DNA of 64,000 nt, taken from the NCBI GenBank assembly GCA_905178155.1, contig CAJINV010000012.1:3281144-3345143 (forward strand). Reading direction: 5' to 3'. The notes under the pieces were generated by a model. It did no database searches and was not told where the DNA came from. It worked only from the letters and a program-made list of their open reading frames with translations. A program made the translations under genes and the position numbers. The stretch comes from Amoebophrya sp. A120. Taxonomy: Eukaryota; Protista; Dinoflagellata. Shown piece after piece: positions 61,001 through 64,000 of the stretch; position 1 is the stretch's first letter, and each line of letters starts with the position of its first letter.

Positions 61001-63661
61001 GACGGGGGAATGTTGCAGTCATCTTCAGCTGCTGGCAGCAACAGCAACTCAAGTTCATCATCAAGCAGTAGTAGCAGCTCCGGCCGCTTGGAAGACTACC
61101 AACTTCTCCCCTCGAAGCTCGTTTCCAATGCCTACAGAAGCAAGATGCAGAGGGAGGACGATGAAGATTTCGATTTCCAGCCTCGCGGCCAGCAACAGAT
61201 GAATCACAAGAAGAAAAAAACTTCCACCGCCCTAGGTGGTGCTCGCGGCGGCCTACATCAGTTTTTACCCGGAGCTGCTCGTCCTCCAGCATCTTCCTCT
61301 TCCTCGAGTCTTGCGTTTTTTGACGCGCCGACGCCGGACTGTCAATCGACCATCGACGGCGAGGAGGACGAGCTTCTCGAAGATGTCGCTACAACCGCTG
61401 GAGGGGATCTGTACTCCTCTTCGGCAACAACGGTTTCATTATTGAAAACACCACTCTTCTCCCCGAGTCTGCAGTCCGAGCACGAAGAATATATGTTGCT
61501 GCAGGAACAGCAGAAACAGAAAACGAAGACCGCATCTTCGCCCGAAGCGGAGTTACGGAGGAAAGAACGGCAGGCGCTGATCACCGGAAGAAATATCGCT
61601 GATTTGGATGAAGACCCAGGTCGTGGTTTTTTGTCAAAGCGCGAAACACTGCAACCCTCCAGAGTGCCGTCGACCAGTCCGCAAGATAACGACCGCGGAA
61701 CAAGCGGGGTTCTGATGAACAAGCAACATCTGGCCGCTACCACGCCCGCGTCTTTGAGCTTACTCGGTGGTGGCGCGGGAAGTAGCTTGGCGACTGGACG
61801 AGGGGGAGCAACAGCAGCTGCTGTGTCGTCAAGTGGTGGAAGTGCTGGGGGCAGCAATTTTCTGAATAGCACGGGGTCAGCAGTAACTTTACCACCTTCG
61901 CGGAACAAAGCTCCGGTTGTTCTCCCTGACCGGACTCCGTCATCTTCGTCTCTCATTTCGGCCAACGGGGAAACAGCAGCGGCAGCTGCAGGGGAACAAG
62001 ATCTTCTAGTACCGAAAGAGAACAAAAAGAAGATGAAAATAGGACAAAGAGCGTTTGCGTTGCGCGAAGAGGTGACCAGTAGTCTCTCCCCGGCGGACGA
62101 AGAGCCTACGATGACGTATCGCTGTCCTCAGACGGAGGTTTTACACCAGGGTGTGGATTTCAGGCCTGATTCTTTCTGCGGCAGCACTGCTTCTGCATCA
62201 TCATCTTCTCCGAGCAAAGGTGGTGCAACACGAAGTAATTCCGGCGAACAGAGACAAGAACTGCAGTTGCTGACTTCGTGCCACGCGGCGAAGGGTTTGT
62301 TAAGGGTAAACGCGCGGGGCGGATTGAATTCTTCGACATCGAGCACAACAAGCAGCGGCACAACATCTTCAAACTGTAGTCCAGTGTGGGGGTCCGAGCA
62401 TTTTCTCGGGTCGGGCAAAGTGGATGTGCAGGGGATTGCGCGAATGACGCTGCCTCTAGAAGTAGTCGGGGAAAATGGTAAAACTAAAACTGACAGCGAA
62501 AGAAGTAGAACACACATCCCGTTCATCGTTCTCTGCCACACCAACCAGGACCGGGTCATTTTGGCGCAGGAAGATGAACCTATTACAACGTCGGCGGGGA
62601 TGAGTCAGAAGACATCCTCATCGTCATCCACTGCGTGTGCCTTCGCACTCACCGGCATCCGAAAACCGGCAGGGGTTTGCTGGAGTGAGAAGCAGAAAAC
62701 GCTCTACGTCACCGCGGCGCACGCAGTGTTCGCTTTCAAGTTTGCACTGGAGCATGCGAGACTGGACGAAGGAACAAATGCAAATAACGAGAACTATCAA
62801 CAAAAGAACATGAACGATACGACTAGTACCAACCGCCTTCTGTTCTACCCAGAGCAAAGTCTAACGCCTAACGCGACCTCGGAAGATCTGCTCAGAACTG
62901 TCAAAGACGGAGCTGTATTTTCAGCGGCCGACTTTGGCCAATCAGCAGGTAGTACATCAACCACCACCTCCGACCAGATTCTCCCCTGCCTCTGCACCTC
63001 AACAGGTCAAGTTACAGAAATAAATCAACACCAGCCAAATAAACCCTCCAGCACGACGTGGTCTCCCCACTATCAATTGAAAGTCACACGACAACTGCTG
63101 CTCGGGTCCGGGAAGCGCGGCTCGACTCTACGCTCCCTCGCTTTCCCTTCGCAGATTGTGGTAGACGAAAAGCAGTCAACGTTGTTCATAGCGGATACCT
63201 TCAACGACCGGATTCTGAAGCTGGACTTAGCCACGAACCACTGCACGATCGCGATGGGGAGGGGGTTTTTAAGGAATTTGAAAAACCCACGGGGGGTTTG
63301 TTTGTCCAAAGACAGCAGTCTACTGTTCGTCGCCGACACGGGGGGACAAAGGATTTTGCAGACGCCGATAGCTGCGAACCAGACTTCTGGAGGTGAAAGA
63401 ACCATGCAAACATCTTCTTCGACGACAGGACCATTAATATCTGCCGGTGAAACTACAACGACCACAGCCGTAACAACGACCACCAGATTTTCATCCGCAG
63501 CGACAGGAGGCGTAACTACAAACCCTGTGACGTCCATTGAGGGAGATTCCCCTTGGATCCGACCTTGCTGTTTAATGGTGGATAGCAACTTTCTCTACGT
63601 CTCGGACAAGAACCGACTGTCACGGGTTTTAGTGGAAGAAGCGTCGGAATCGGTGATATGA
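58026..63661 (+). CDS. Zinc-ribbon + RING-H2 + NHL-repeat protein (putative E3 ligase)
   Basis: CHAC..CQHC; CSIC...LPCGHQFHEECYSSW..TCPTCR; C-terminal LAFPSQIVVDEKQSTLFIADTFNDRI and LKNPRGVCLSKDSSLLFVADTGGQRI; frame continuous after removing two introners. Confidence 0.78.
58922..59172. mobile_element. Introner element, family A
   Basis: Family A TIR; TSD TCGGA. Confidence 0.95.
59403..59638. mobile_element. Introner element, family D
   Basis: Family D TIR; TSD CCAGA. Confidence 0.95.
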
Positions 63662-64000
63662 GGTTCGGATAGTGGTTTCCAGCAACAAACGTGGTTTCGA
63701 TCAACGGCAAGAACTTTTTCGGGATGATGCTACGATGTTGCGCGGTTCAGGAAAGGCACTATGTGTGAGTGGTTATTCATAAATCATATTCATCTTCACA
63801 AGAAAACTTCAACTTGATTGAATTTAGAATGTGATCTCGTTTCGGTTTCCGTTTCTGTTTCTTTTCGTCAGCCAGTTTCGGCGTCGAGACGACACATCTA
63901 AAGATTGCTGCAGATCATGACACGGGTTGTCAGGATGAACGTCGCACTTTGTGTTTCCAAACCTAACGAAAGTAGTTTTTGAAACAAGAATGGAGAACAA

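Noticed and set aside
1-64000. tRNA, rRNA, spliced-leader relics, group I/II introns
   Set aside because: No recognisable match by eye; a covariance-model scan would be needed to exclude them.

Overview
Eukaryotic, intron-rich protist DNA; nearly all recognisable genes are on the + strand. Best-supported genes: IFT172 (20884-32116), an ABCG half-transporter, a DOT1-like methyltransferase, a NEDD1-like WD40 protein, an HMG/TFIIS-domain protein and a RING-H2/NHL protein. The dominant feature is an invasion of about 47 short (mostly 150-320 bp) non-coding elements (42 clear, 5 degenerate) from about 10 sequence families. They start TAT and end ATA (a few single-base variants), carry terminal inverted repeats (TIRs) and are flanked by 5-bp direct repeats (TSDs). 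Most sit inside conserved coding sequence, where removing the element plus 5 nt restores the frame although the boundaries are not GT-AG. This matches the non-canonical 'introner elements' known from the parasitic dinoflagellate Amoebophrya (organism inferred, not proven). Further patterns: a TGT[C/G/A]ATGC motif shared by the element families and several ordinary GT-AG introns, orientation-independent insertion, a fixed element+5 geometry that survives TSD decay, a nested 745-bp element, and a 1.9-kb MULE-like element with a 9-bp TSD. No transposase, RNA gene or CRISPR array was recognised. Coordinates were counted by hand and may be off by a base or two; family letters A-J are my own labels.
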